DNA of 63,491 bases, the filler included, from Octopus bimaculoides (lineage: Eukaryota): assembly GCF_001194135.2 (NCBI RefSeq). It is 6 parts of 6 records of this genome, joined end to end, with 100 filler letters (N's around TTAATTAATTAA, not from the genome) between each part and the next. Parts side by side here need not be neighbours in the genome. Positions count along the whole stretch, not along the records: positions 45,816 to 61,464 come from NC_069009.1; positions 61,565 to 63,491 come from NC_068997.1; 4 more parts are not named here. One strand, given 5' to 3'. Positions 49,226-61,601 of the stretch are shown piece after piece; positions within the stretch are counted from its first letter, which is position 1; each line of letters starts with the position of its first letter. The notes below the pieces were generated by a model. That model did no database searches. It was not told the origin of the DNA and saw only the letters and a program-made list of their open reading frames with translations. The position numbers and the translations under genes were made by a program.

Positions 49226-50571
49226 TAACTTTTGCTTCATTACTATGGCAACAGTACGGATACGTATTGCTCAGACCTTGTTTGTATATGCATTTATATA
49301 TATATATATATGTGTATGTAATATTATATATGTGTGTGTGTGTATATATATATTATGTATATATATCTATGTATATGTGTGTGTGTGTGTATACATANNN
49401 NNNNNNNNNNNNNNNNNNNNNNNNNNNNNNNNNNNNNNNNNNNNNNNNNNNNNNNNNNNNNNNNNNNNNNNNNNNNNNNNNNNNNNNNNNNNNNNNNNNN
49501 NNNNNNNNNNNNNNNNNNNNNNNNNNNNNNNNNNNNNNNNNNNNNNNNNNNNNNNNNNNNNNNNNNNNNNNNNNNNNNNNNNNNNNNNNNNNNNNNNNNN
49601 NNNNNNNNNNNNNNNNNNNNNNNNNNNNNNNNNNNNNNNNNNNNNNNNNNNNNNNNNNNNNNNNNNNNNNNNNNNNNNNNNNNNNNNNNNNNNNNNNNNN
49701 NNNNNNNNNNNNNNNNNNNNNNNNNNNNNNNNNNNNNNNNNNNNNNNNNNNNNNNNNNNNNNNNNNNNNNNNNNNNNNNNNNNNNNNNNNNNNNNNNNNN
49801 NNNNNNNNNNNNNNNNNNNNNNNNNNNNNNNNNNNNNNNNNNNNNNNNNNNNNNNNNNNNNNNNNNNNNNNNNNNNNNNNNNNNNNNNNNNNNNNNNNNN
49901 NNNNNNNNNNNNNNNNNNNNNNNNNNNNNNNNNNNNNNNNNNNNNNNNNNNNNNNNNNNNNNNNNNNNNNNNNNNNNNNNNNNNNNNNNNNNNNNNNNNN
50001 NNNNNNNNNNNNNNNNNNNNNNNNNNNNNNNNNNNNNNNNNNNNNNNNNNNNNNNNNNNNNNNNNNNNNNNNNNNNNNNNNNNNNNNNNNNNNNNNNNNN
50101 NNNNNNNNNNNNNNNNNNNNNNNNNNNNNNNNNNNNNNNNNNNNNNNNNNNNNNNNNNNNNNNNNNNNNNNNNNNNNNNNNNNNNNNNNNNNNNNNNNNN
50201 NNNNNNNNNNNNNNNNNNNNNNNNNNNNNNNNNNNNNNNNNNNNNNNNNNNNNNNNNNTATATATATATATATGTATGTATATATGTATATGCAATGTAT
50301 ACACATGCGTGTATGTACATATTTACACACACACACACAAACACACACACACATATGCATACATTCACATAGACACACACATATAGAGATGTGTGTACAT
50401 ATACACACACACCCATATTCATAACCCCCAAATATCCAAATATATTAATCTCTACTTAGACATTCAACAAGGCATGTAGTTGTTGTAATGAAGAAATATT
50501 TCTGCCATAATTATCCGCACATGTCCCTGATTAAAGACAGACTCTGGCCCCACCATTCCTTATTTCATTTG

Positions 50572-51470
50572 TGTTGTTGTTGTTTAACCCCTGGTCAGTT
50601 CCCTCTCCCTCAGACCTATGATCAAAGATATTGTAGCTGTGATCATCACATCTTTTATTCAAACATAGTGTATCTTGGACTACAGTATCTAATGTACAAT
50701 ATAGTAATTAATATTAGTGGCTATTGTTGTTGTTGTTTAACCACAGGTAAGTCATGATCCAACAGACTTATGATCACAGATGTTCTAGCTGTGATTGTCC
50801 CATCTTTTATTCAGACCTAGTGTACCTAGGACTACATTATACAATGTACAGTATAACAGTATTAGTGGTTATAATCGTTATTTAACCTCAAGTCAATCCA
50901 GAAGATTTATGATCAAAGATGTTCCAGATGTGACCATTCAGACATAGTGTATCTAGGACTACATTATCTAATGTAACGTATAGTAGCCATTCGTGGCTAT
51001 AGTAGTTGTTGTTGTTTAGCCCCAGGTCAGTCCTGATCCAGACAGACCTATGATCAAAGATGTCTCAACTATGAACATTCCATCTTTTATTCAGGCATAG
51101 TGTACCTTGGACTACATTATACAATTTATAGTATAGTAATCAGTTTTAGTGGCTATAGTAGTCGTTGTTGTTTAGCCCCAGGAAGTCCTGGTCCAGCTGA
51201 CCTCCAATGATCAAAGATGCTCCAGCTGTGACCATCCCATCTTTTATTCAGGCATAGTGTATCTAGGACTACATTATACAATGTATAGTATAGGAGTTAG
51301 TATTAGCAGTTATAGTTGTTTTTGTTTAGCTAGCCAAACTCTGATCAAATATATTCTAGCTCTGACCATTCCATCTTCAGGCATTGTTTATCTAGGACTA
51401 CATTATCGAATGTACAGTATAGTAGTTATTATTAGTTGCTATAATTGTTGTTGTTGTTGTTGTTGTTGTA
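50572..51470 (+). repeat. Tandem array, 6 units of ~134-157 bp
   Basis: Anchor (a/c)tgatca at 50618, 50770, 50909, 51050, 51207, 51341; each unit has ..atcttttattca..catagtgtatctaggactacattat.. Confidence 0.92.
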
Positions 51471-51656
51471 TTGGTATTTATTGCAAGAAACAGCTGGGTT
51501 TCTTTCTCTAATGTTTTACATAATTCAACCAACACAAGTTCATTTGGCATTTTGAAGACAGCATCCGTAAAACTAGTTGTTATATATCCAATGGCTATAG
51601 GGGCCCACCAGAATGAAATGGTAATTAAAAGGGGTCCATAAATGAAAAAAATGCTT

Positions 51657-52405
51657 GGGAGTGGCTGTGTGGTAAGTAGCTTGCTTACCAACCACATGGT
51701 TCTGGGTTCAGTCCCACTGCGTGGCACCTTGGGCAAGTGACTTCTACTATAGCCTCGGGCCGACCAAAGCCTCGTGAGTGGATTNNNNNNNNNNNNNNNN
51801 NNNNNNNNNNNNNNNNNNNNNNNNNNNNNNNNNNNNNNNNNNNNNNNNNNNNNNNNNNNNNNNNNNNNNNNNNNNNNNNNNNNNNNNNNNNNNNNNNNNN
51901 NNNNNNNNNNNNNNNNNNNNNNNNNNNNNNNNNNNNNNNNNNNNNNNNNNNNNNNNNNNNNNNNNNNNNNNNNNNNNNNNNNNNNNNNNNNNNNNNNNNN
52001 NNNNNNNNNNNNNNNNNNNNNNNNNNNNNNNNNNNNNNNNNNNNNNNNNNNNNNNNNNNNNNNNNNNNNNNNNNNNNNNNNNNNNNNNNNNNNNNNNNNN
52101 NNNNNNNNNNNNNNNNNNNNNNNNNNNNNNNNNNNNNNNNNNNNNNNNNNNNNNNNNNNNNNNNNNNNNNNNNNNNNNNNNNNNNNNNNNNNNNNNNNNN
52201 NNNNNNNNNNNNNNNNNNNNNNNNNNNNNNNNNNNNNNNNNNNNNNNNNNNNNNNNNNNNNNNNNNNNNNNNNNNNNNNNNNNNNNNNNNNNNNNNNNNN
52301 NNNNNNNNNNNNNNNNNNNNNNNNNNNNNCCTCAACATTTACCTAAACTTATACATACATACATACATACATGTATGTGTGTATGTACGCGAGTACAGAT
52401 GTCTG

Positions 52406-52436
<31 letters not shown>

Positions 52437-52612
52437 GTGTGTATGTGTCTGTGTTTGTCCCCAGCTTGACAACCGATGCTGGTGTGTTTATGTCCCCGTA
52501 ACTTAGCAGTTTGGCAAAAGAGAGTGATGATAGAATAAGTCCTGGGGGCGATTTGCTCAACTAAAGGCGGTGCTCCACCATGGCCACAGTCAAATGACTG
52601 AAACAAGTAAAG
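51657..52612 (+). mobile_element. SINE family B split by an N gap (one copy or two halves)
   Basis: Head 51657-51784, 3' half 52430-52612. Confidence 0.8.
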
Positions 52613-53977
52613 GGGTAACCCCTGCCCTAACAGGTGCTATTACTCCTGGTCAGGGTAGACCTAGGAACAATTGTAGCTTAGAGGTGGTTCTACACTCCTC
52701 GAAACCCCAGAACACCTGAAGAGGGCCCCTGGAGAGATAGACAGATAGAAAGATAGACAGACAGAGAGATAGATAGATTGATAGAGAGAGAGAGAGAGAG
52801 AGAAATATATAGATGGATAGGTAGATACATAGATATATAGACACATCTACAGACAGATAGATAGATAGAGAGAGAAGGAGAGACAGACAGATGGAGAGAC
52901 AGACAGAGAGACAGACAGATAGAGAGACAGACAGACAGACATAGAGAGAGAATATAGGGAGACAGACTGAAATAAAGAGGAAGACTGTACAACTGAGTTC
53001 AGTAAAGGAGGTTACCTGAAGAAAATAATTAGGGGGAACCCCCCTACCCCACCTTCTCCTTGTATATCCTTTGTTCCACTTGAGTGACATCACAATTCTT
53101 CTCTCTTTCTCTCATTCGTCCCTTTTCTCTCTGTCTTTATAGAGAAAACAATGTATGACCTCTCCCCCTCTCTCTCTCTCTCTCCGTCTCCTTGTCATTC
53201 TATCACTTTCTCAGTCTNNNNNNNNNNNNNNNNNNNNNNNNNNNNNNNNNNNNNNNNNNNNNNNNNNNNNNNNNNNNNNNNNNNNNNNNNNNNNNNNNNN
53301 NNNNNNNNNNNNNNNNNNNNNNNNNNNNNNNNNNNNNNNNNNNNNNNNNNNNNNNNNNNNNNNNNNNNNNNNNNNNNNNNNNNNNNNNNNNNNNNNNNNN
53401 NNNNNNNNNNNNNNNNNNNNNNNNNNNNNNNNNNNNNNNNNNNNNNNNNNNNNNNNNNNNNNNNNNNNNNNNNNNNNNNNNNNNNNNNNNNNNNNNNNNN
53501 NNNNNNNNNNNNNNNNNNNNNNNNNNNNNNNNNNNNNNNNNNNNNNNNNNNNNNNNNNNNNNNNNNNNNNNNNNNNNNNNNNNNNNNNNNNNNNNNNNNN
53601 NNNNNNNNNNNNNNNNNNNNNNNNNNNNNNNNNNNNATATATGTGTGTGTGTGTGTGTGTGTTTGTGTATGTTTATATATGTATGTATATTTTTATATAT
53701 ATTTATTTATATATATATGTATATATATATATATGTATATATATGTATGCATGTATGTATGTATGTATATATATAAATATATATATATATATATACACAC
53801 ACACATGCACACATGCACCTCTCCCTTTTCCTCTCCATATGTATTTCTCTCTCTCTCCCTCTCTCTCTCCTTGTCACTCTCAGTTTCTTCCACAGTCAAT
53901 ATAACTCTCTGATCCTCATACTCTCCTCCTCTCCACTCCCCTCTCTCTCTCTCTCTATCTCTCCTTCCCTCACTTAC

Positions 53978-54064
53978 TCTGAGAAAAAGGGGACTTTCAG
54001 ACATTTACAGGAAAGATATCAGGGAGCCATTTTCCCACCCTTTGTCAAATTCCAGTGACGTCAC
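53978..54064 (-). promoter_or_regulatory. Candidate promoter and first exon (MSESPLFLR, phase 0)
   Basis: GTGACGTCAC 54055-54064, AAAATGGC (YY1-like) 54033-54026, ATG at 54004, perfect AGA|GTAAGT donor at 53978/53977; ETS sites at 54271 and 54290. Confidence 0.35.
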
Positions 54065-54192
54065 AAATCTAGCCCCTCCCCCCCCCACCATTCAAGCAGA
54101 ACTAATCTTCACAATTACGACTTCCCCCTCATTCTTTCTTTGTATGTCTGTCTGTCTGTCTGTCTCATCTTCACCCTCTCTCTTTCTTTCCC

Positions 54193-54228
<36 letters not shown>

Positions 54229-54419
54229 TTTTCTTTCTCTCCCTGTTGTTCTGATCTTGCCTGTAGCAAGACAGGAAGTGAACTTAGCAACTTCCTTTGA
54301 CAGGTCATGGGTGGGGTACGCAGAATCTGTGTTGGTGCATATATATGAGTGTATGTGCGTACACACACATACACATGGACCACTGAACTCAACATGTCTT
54401 TTTCCTTCTGTCTCTATCG

Positions 54420-54560
54420 ATTTCCTCTTATTTCTTTCTGTCGAAGAGCCTAGGATCGAAACGTAAAAGACTTCTCCATTTTTCACTAGTATCAAGCTAA
54501 TACACTTGCTTGTTGTTCTTATACTTATCTTCGTCTTTGTTTCTCTATAAATTTGAACTA
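54420..54560 (+). mobile_element. Penelope-like pLTR with hammerhead-like motif (third copy, 54433-54470)
   Basis: TCTTT-CTGTCGAA-GAGC-CTAG-GATC-GAA-ACGT-A-AAAGA, then a pLTR tail into (TA)n. Confidence 0.6.
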
Positions 54561-55010
54561 TATATATATATATATATATATATATNNNNNNNNNNNNNNN
54601 NNNNNNNNNNNNNNNNNNNNNNNNNNNNNNNNNNNNNNNNNNNNNNNNNNNNNNNNNNNNNNNNNNNNNNNNNNNNNNNNNNNNNNNNNNNNNNNNNNNN
54701 NNNNNNNNNNNNNNNNNNNNNNNNNNNNNNNNNNNNNNNNNNNNNNNNNNNNNNNNNNNNNNNNNNNNNNNNNNNNNNNNNNNNNNNNNNNNNNNNNNNN
54801 NNNNNNNNNNNNNNNNNNNNNNNNNNNNNNNNNNNNNNNNNNNNNNNNNNNNNNNNNNNNNNNNNNNNNNNNNNNNNNNNNNNNNNNNNNNNNNNNNNNN
54901 NNNNNNNNNNNNNNNNNNNNNNNNNNNNNNNNNNNNNNNNNNNNNNNNNNNNNNNNNNNNNNNNNNNNNNNNNNNNNNNNNNNNNNNNNNNNNNNNNNNN
55001 NNNNNNNNNN

Positions 55011-55042
<32 letters not shown>

Positions 55043-56084
55043 CACACACATTCATATAGACATGCCCAAGCTCACACATATATATGCATGTATGTGAAGA
55101 GATAAGCAGACACACAGATATATAGATAAGTAGACAGAACGGTAGATAGGCACACAGACAGGCAGAAAGATAGATAGATCAACAGACAAATAGGCAGACA
55201 GAGGGGTAGGTAGACCAACAGGCAGAAAATGAGACACAAACAGATAGATAGACAGACGGATACATTAGATTGATAAATCCACAGGCAGATAAACAGACAG
55301 ACAGATAAATAGTTAGATGGTCAGATATATATATAAAATAAGTAAAGAGCCAAGGATCAAGTTGTAGGAAGACAGTAAGCTTCAAGTGGAAGCCGACTTC
55401 TTACCACACAGCCACTCCTAGAAACAATTATTGTGCAAGTGGCTGAATATCCCACAGGCACGTGCATCCTTAATATAATTCCTAAGCAGAATCAGGGTGA
55501 GATAGTGTGACAATGCTGTGCCTTTTTAAGTCCTGTGTATGATCAACAGGGTTTGGCACAGTTTCCCTCTACCCAGTGTCACTCCTACAGCTTTTATCAA
55601 CTGAAGGGCACAGTAAAAGACCCATGTCTTTTATAATATCCTATGCTACAGGATCAAACTCCAATGTTGGAAGAAAGCTTACAATACTTACGCTCTGTCT
55701 ATATATTTGTCAGTGTGTCTATTTATCTATGTCTGTTTACTGATCCCTCTATCCATCCATCCGTCTGTCTGTCTCTCTGTCTACATCTATACATATATTC
55801 AAAATTTTTAATTTCTATTCACATACATAGCAATCCCTGCTGCCAACTGTAAGCTATAAAACAGTTTTTCCAGCTTATCTAATTTTGATATGCGAAAAAC
55901 TTACACCCTTCTACGGCAATAAACCACTATTGTTCCTGAAAGTTGTGGCTTATACCTTCTACAGAGACCCTTGGCCTATGACCTGTCTAGTAAGTGACCT
56001 CTCTAGAAAATGTAGGAGGAAAAGACTTTGTCACTTTTTCAACAACAGGGGATAGTCTTCCTTTGATCACTACTCATAATTGAC

Positions 56085-56390
56085 CTCGTTATCATGTGGA
56101 TCCCAAGATGCCAACAAGAATTTCCTGAAGTGCAAGCCTGGTCCGAAGACTTCTTTCCTGGAGTTAAGGATGTTCTTCGGATTGAGGGAGTCTTTTAATA
56201 TCTTCAACCATTTGCCTATGCATAGTTTACAATGCTTGGTCCCATTTATGTAGGGGCCTGGATTTTCTAGGATCTTCCATGGTATTACATGTGGAGTCCT
56301 GTTGTCCTTCAGCTGCCAAACATAGCTGACTAAGAATGTAGCATATCTTCTTTCTGGGAAGGCACTGCTTGAATGAGTTACCAGAACATC
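56085..56390 (-). mobile_element. Penelope-like GIY-YIG C-terminal fragment
   Basis: ATFLVSYVWQLKD..VIPWKILE..PY..GTKHCKLCIGK..I...LNSRKEVF...HFRKFLL. Confidence 0.8.
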
Positions 56391-56744
56391 CAGTGTATCT
56401 CCATGTGTGGGTGTTGGTGATGTTGATGTTGACACTGCTGCGACTGCTGTTTTTGGTGCTGATGTTGGTGTTGGTGTCATTAAAGTTGGTGTTGGTATCA
56501 GTGGTGGCGCTGCTTTTGGTGAGTTATGGCCATCATGAATTGTTTACACCCTCTCACTATTCCCTAACTTAGCAGTATGGCAATAGAAACTGATAGGGTC
56601 CATATACTGCCAAAGGTGGAAAGATATTGTGTTGTATGGTAATCATCATCATCATCATTTAATGTTTATTTTCCATGCTGGCATGGGTTGGACAGTGTGA
56701 CCAGAGCTGGCAGACCAGAGGGTTGCACCAGTCTCCAGTTGTCT

Positions 56745-57560
56745 GTTTTAGCCTGGTTTCTACAGCTGGATGCCCTTCCTAATCCACTTTGTAGAATGTA
56801 CTGGGTATATTTTACATGGCACCATCTCTGGCAGGGTCTGCTTTGGAATAGTTTCTACATTTGAATGCCTTACCCTTCTTCATGCCAACCACTGTACAGA
56901 GTGGGGTGGGTTTTTTTCACATGGCACCAGCACCAGCGAGGTCTGCTTTGGAATGGTTTTTTACAGCTTGATACCCCTTTTTATGTCTCTTTTACGTGTT
57001 TCAGTCATTTGAGTGTGGCCATGCTGGAGCACTGCCTTTAGTCGAGCAAATCGACCCCCGGACTTATTCTTTGTAAGCCTAGTACTTATTCTATCAGCCT
57101 CTTTTGCTGAACTGCTAAGTTACGGGGATGTAAACACACCATCATCGGTTTTCAAGCCATGCTGGAGGGACAAACAGGCACACAATCATATACACACACA
57201 CATACATATACATATACATACATACAACGGGCTTCTTTCAGTTTCCATCTACCAAATCCGCTCACAAGGCTTTGGTCGGCCCAAGGCTATAGTAGAAGAC
57301 ACTTGCCCAAGGTGCTACGCAGTGGGACTGAACCCGGAACCATGTGGTTGGTAAGCAAGCTACTTACCACACAGCCACTCCCGCGCCTATATGTCAACCA
57401 TTTACAGAGTGTATTAGGTGCTTTTTATTTGGCAATAGCATCAGCAAGGTCTGCTTTGGTATGATTTCTACAGCTGGATACCCTTCCTAATGCTAACCAC
57501 TTTACAGAGTGTATTGGGTGCTTTTCTAAGTCGCGCCAGCACAGTGCTTTTTACATGGCG
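56745..57560. repeat. ~95-107 bp tandem units derived from family C interior, interrupted by a SINE B
   Basis: Anchor tacag/tacat at 56760, 56855, 56961, 57468; ggtctgctttgg recurs at 56835, 56940, 57448. Confidence 0.75.
56990..57388 (-). mobile_element. SINE family B, well-preserved full-length copy
   Basis: Near-identical to 47385-47765. Confidence 0.92.
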
Positions 57561-57674
57561 CTACCACAGACTCTGTTTATACAGCACCAGCATGGATCCT
57601 TTTTATGTGGCACCAACATGGGTAAATTTTCTTTAGCGCCAGCAGAGGTGCTTTTTACTAGAGAAACTATGGTG

Positions 57675-57752
57675 TATCCTTCCACGGGGTTCTGCATAGC
57701 AGCAAAATTAGACTATCCTTCCACGGGGTAATGCATAGCAGCAAAATTAGAC
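57675..57752 (+). repeat. 39-bp tandem duplication
   Basis: tatccttccacggggt(tc/aa)tgcatagcagcaaaattagac x2, 37/39 identical. Confidence 0.95.
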
Positions 57753-58030
57753 ACCTTGGAACAAGGGTTCACGGTGTATCACATAACATTGCTCTATTCA
57801 GTATGCAGTTGATGATGTCTTAGTACGTGTCAATTTGACAACGTCAATGTTGATGATGACAACAATGAGGTTGAAGATGACGGTGGTGACGCTGATGATG
57901 ATGATGATGGTTATGATTACGGTGGCAATATAATATATTAATGTATTGTCTCACACTGAATATGCGATGGTTGAGAGCACAATTATTTTATAAGGCATAG
58001 AATTAACAGAAGAGATCCCCAGAGAATTTG

Positions 58031-58061
<31 letters not shown>

Positions 58062-58103
58062 AAGTTATGTAGATGTTGGAATCACGTGTTGAATCTCTGA
58101 GCA

Positions 58104-58174
<71 letters not shown>

Positions 58175-58178
58175 GGAG

Positions 58179-58213
<35 letters not shown>

Positions 58214-58403
58214 TAGATAGATAGAGAGAAAGAGATAGACAGATATATAGATATGTGTATATATATGTCTGTAAATATATATATGTGTGTGTATACATGC
58301 ATGCATGCATATACACATGCATATCTGTATGTATATATCTATGCATATATATCTGTTGAAAATTTATGCATGTATATATTGATAGATATACATATAAATG
58401 TAT

Positions 58404-58448
<45 letters not shown>

Positions 58449-58960
58449 CACACACATATATATATGTATACAAGCATGTATACATATATATAATATATAT
58501 ATATGTATTCACATATTTATGTTTCTGCATAGTTATGTACTATGTACATGTATGTATGTGTTGATATATATATACAGATAGATAGATGCAAATTAATCTA
58601 CATACATATATATATATATANNNNNNNNNNNNNNNNNNNNNNNNNNNNNNNNNNNNNNNNNNNNNNNNNNNNNNNNNNNNNNNNNNNNNNNNNNNNNNNN
58701 NNNNNNNNNNNNNNNNNNNNNNNNNNNNNNNNNNNNNNNNNNNNNNNNNNNNNNNNNNNNNNNNNNNNNNNNNNNNNNNNNNNNNNNNNNNCACACACAC
58801 ACACATACACATATCGAAAGGCTGCTCATAGTAACAGAATTCCACAGACACCCAACACTACCCCCCGTCCACCCCTGTCTCCTACGCTGTTTAGTTGCAG
58901 TTTTCCAATTAATTCTAACTATTTCTCATCGTTAATACAGTCTCGTTATAGCATTCAATC

Positions 58961-58974
58961 AGCGCCACCTGGTG
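58961..58974 (-). promoter_or_regulatory. CTCF-like motif
   Basis: CACCAGGTGGCGCT on the minus strand matches the CTCF core consensus. Confidence 0.4.
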
Positions 58975-59407
58975 TCACTTTTCCATTTGCTTTTTAATAT
59001 GGTTGCATAGTTTTGGGATTTAATTCCTGCTAGGTATGACAATTTTGTGTTTTAATGTAAAACTGAGGGTGTGGGTTCAAATCCTGGTAAGGTTTAGTAT
59101 TCTGTGTTTCCATGTCTTGCATATTTTTACTTGTTTCTGTTGTTGGGCTGCAGCCATACTGGGGCAATGCCTTGAAGGATATAGTTGAAAAAATCTACCC
59201 ATGTATGGATTTTTAGAGTCTGGTACTTATTTTATCAGTCTGTTTTGCTGAACCACTAAGTTATGGGGATGTAAACAAACCAATACCGGTTCTCAAATGG
59301 ATGTGGGCAACAAACACAGACTCAGAGACAGTCGTGTGTGTGCATGTGAGAGAGAGTGTGTGTGTGTGTGTGTGAGTACATGCATGCATGTATCTATGTA
59401 TGTATGT

Positions 59408-59800
59408 ACAGTTGTGGAAATTAGCTGCCCAGTGGATGTTAACATAAAGCTGAAGATGAGTGACAAAGAGAACACCTATGCTGAACTATTGAGAAATATG
59501 CAGTTAATCTATCCAGATTATAAGTTTAGGTTTATACCTGTAATCACTGGGGCCCTGGGATATGTAACACACTGCCTAAATACCAATCTTGAAAACTTAG
59601 GCTTCTCAAAACCAGAAAGGAAAAAGCTAATTCGAAAGCTACAGATCCAATCCATCACTGGACCTGTAAAAATCTGTAAAACTTTCCAGAAGTTTATCAT
59701 TTAAACATGTATGAGCTGATGCTGTGTAAAGAGAATCTGCACTAGATATACAACTGTATGCATGAAAATACATACATGAAACAAAACATATAAATCTGCA
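59408..59800 (+). mobile_element. R4/Dong-like LINE, RLE C-terminus and 3'UTR
   Basis: Open frame TVVEISCPVDVNIKLKMSDKENTYAELLRNMQLIYPDYKFRFIPVITGALGYV..VKICKTFQKFII*. Confidence 0.9.
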
Positions 59801-59819
59801 CATACACACACATACATAC

Positions 59820-60545
59820 AGGATGAATGTTGTTATTTGGTTATGAAAAGGGGGAAAACTATAAACCAGACAAGTAACGTCTCCATCAACGATTTGACTG
59901 TTTCCCCTATATTTGATGAGGAATGTTATAGGTATTTAAGGGTGGATGAAAATATATCTTACAATGGCACCCGTAACAAAACACGTGTCACTAAAGAATA
60001 TTACAGCCGAATAAAGGAAATTTGGACCTCAAAACTTTCTGTATTCAATAAAACAGTGACCCACAATGGGTTTGCAGTGCCAGTACTCATACCAATATTT
60101 GAGCTGCTTGATTGGATGTTCGATGAGATCCAAACCATTGATGTGAAAATTCGAAAATACTAACAAGCACACATAATGTCCACATAAACAGTGACGTAGA
60201 CCGTCCCTACCTAAAACGAAAACAAGACAGCAGAGGCTTAACATCGATCCAAAATACCTTTGAATGTCGCATCATATTCGGCAACATCCTTTAACGACTA
60301 ATTGTCAAAGTGCTTCCCTTGACCAAGTTTGCAAACATGCAGCTGATAACATCATAAGACTTGGAAGGCAGCCCCTTGAGCAACACTCTTTGTCTGATAA
60401 CCTTAAATACCTGCCCAAAGAAGTCGCACGACTCTACCGCAACGTATCATCAGATGAAAGGATGAACCTAAATGAGCAGATGACTATGCATAGATATGTT
60501 ACTAGAAAGCTCCGTGATGATAGTAACATCGATCATCAAAGCAGT
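59820..60545 (+). mobile_element. R4/Dong-like LINE, RT domain end/thumb fragment
   Basis: ECYRYLRVDENISYNG..KEYYSRIKEIWTSKLSVFNK..HNGFAVPVL..LDWMFDEIQTIDVKIRK..NSDVDRPYLKRK..RGL. Confidence 0.9.
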
Positions 60546-61089
60546 CTATATATCTATTTTCATACANNNNNNNNNNNNNNNNNNNNNNNNNNNNNNNNNN
60601 NNNNNNNNNNNNNNNNNNNNNNNNNNNNNNNNNNNNNNNNNNNNNNNNNNNNNNNNNNNNNNNNNNNNNNNNNNNNNNNNNNNNNNNNNNNNNNNNNNNN
60701 NNNNNNNNNNNNNNNNNNNNNNNNNNNNNNNNNNNNNNNNNNNNNNNTTCTACAGCTGGATGCCCTTCCTAATGCCAACCACTCCGAGAGTCTAGTGGGT
60801 GATTTTACGTGCCACCGGCTCGAGGGCCAGTCAGGCGGTACTGGCAATGGCCACGTTCAAAATGGTGTATTTTATGTGCCACCTGCACAGAAGCCATATA
60901 TTTGTGAAAATGGTGGACGTTGTCTCACAAGCAGTTGTGCAGGCAAAAATGTTAGTAAATGTGGTCAGATTGAGCTGAAAATTTTTACACCTATGTTAAA
61001 AGTTCTGGGGAGTTTGCATGACAACTCTGAGTTTGCTCAATTGAAAGGTGTGGGCGCTAGGGCAAAATTCCTCACCTTTAAACTGTGAC

Positions 61090-61355
61090 CCGAGTTAAGT
61101 TACAGAGACATAAACACACCAACACCAGTTTCCAAGCAGTGATGGTGGGTGGGGGAGAAATACAGACTCCCACACATAAATATATACTTATATGACAGGC
61201 TTCTTTCAGTTTCCATCTACCAAATCCACTCACAAGGCTTTGGCCAGTCCAAGGCTATATAGTAGCTGACATTTGCTCAAGGTACCACACAGTGGGACTG
61301 AACCCATAACCAGATGATTGGGAAACAAGTCTCTTACCATACAGCCATGCCTGCA
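61090..61355 (-). mobile_element. SINE family B
   Basis: ggcttctttcagtttccatctaccaaatccactcacaaggctttgg..cagtgggactgaaccc. Confidence 0.85.
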
Positions 61356-61365
61356 CCATCTATAC

Positions 61366-61409
<44 letters not shown>

Positions 61410-61564
61410 ATTTCACAGGGATTAAGTATTTTTAAATCAATTGCATTGTTGATAAACAAACATGNNNNNNNNNNNNNNNNNNNNNNNNNNNNNNNNNNNN
61501 NNNNNNNNTTAATTAATTAANNNNNNNNNNNNNNNNNNNNNNNNNNNNNNNNNNNNNNNNNNNN

Positions 61565-61601
<37 letters not shown>

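Noticed and set aside
50572-51470. CRISPR-like appearance of regularly spaced repeats (also 14409-14618)
   Set aside because: The whole unit is repeated with no unique spacers, and the context is eukaryotic with no cas genes.
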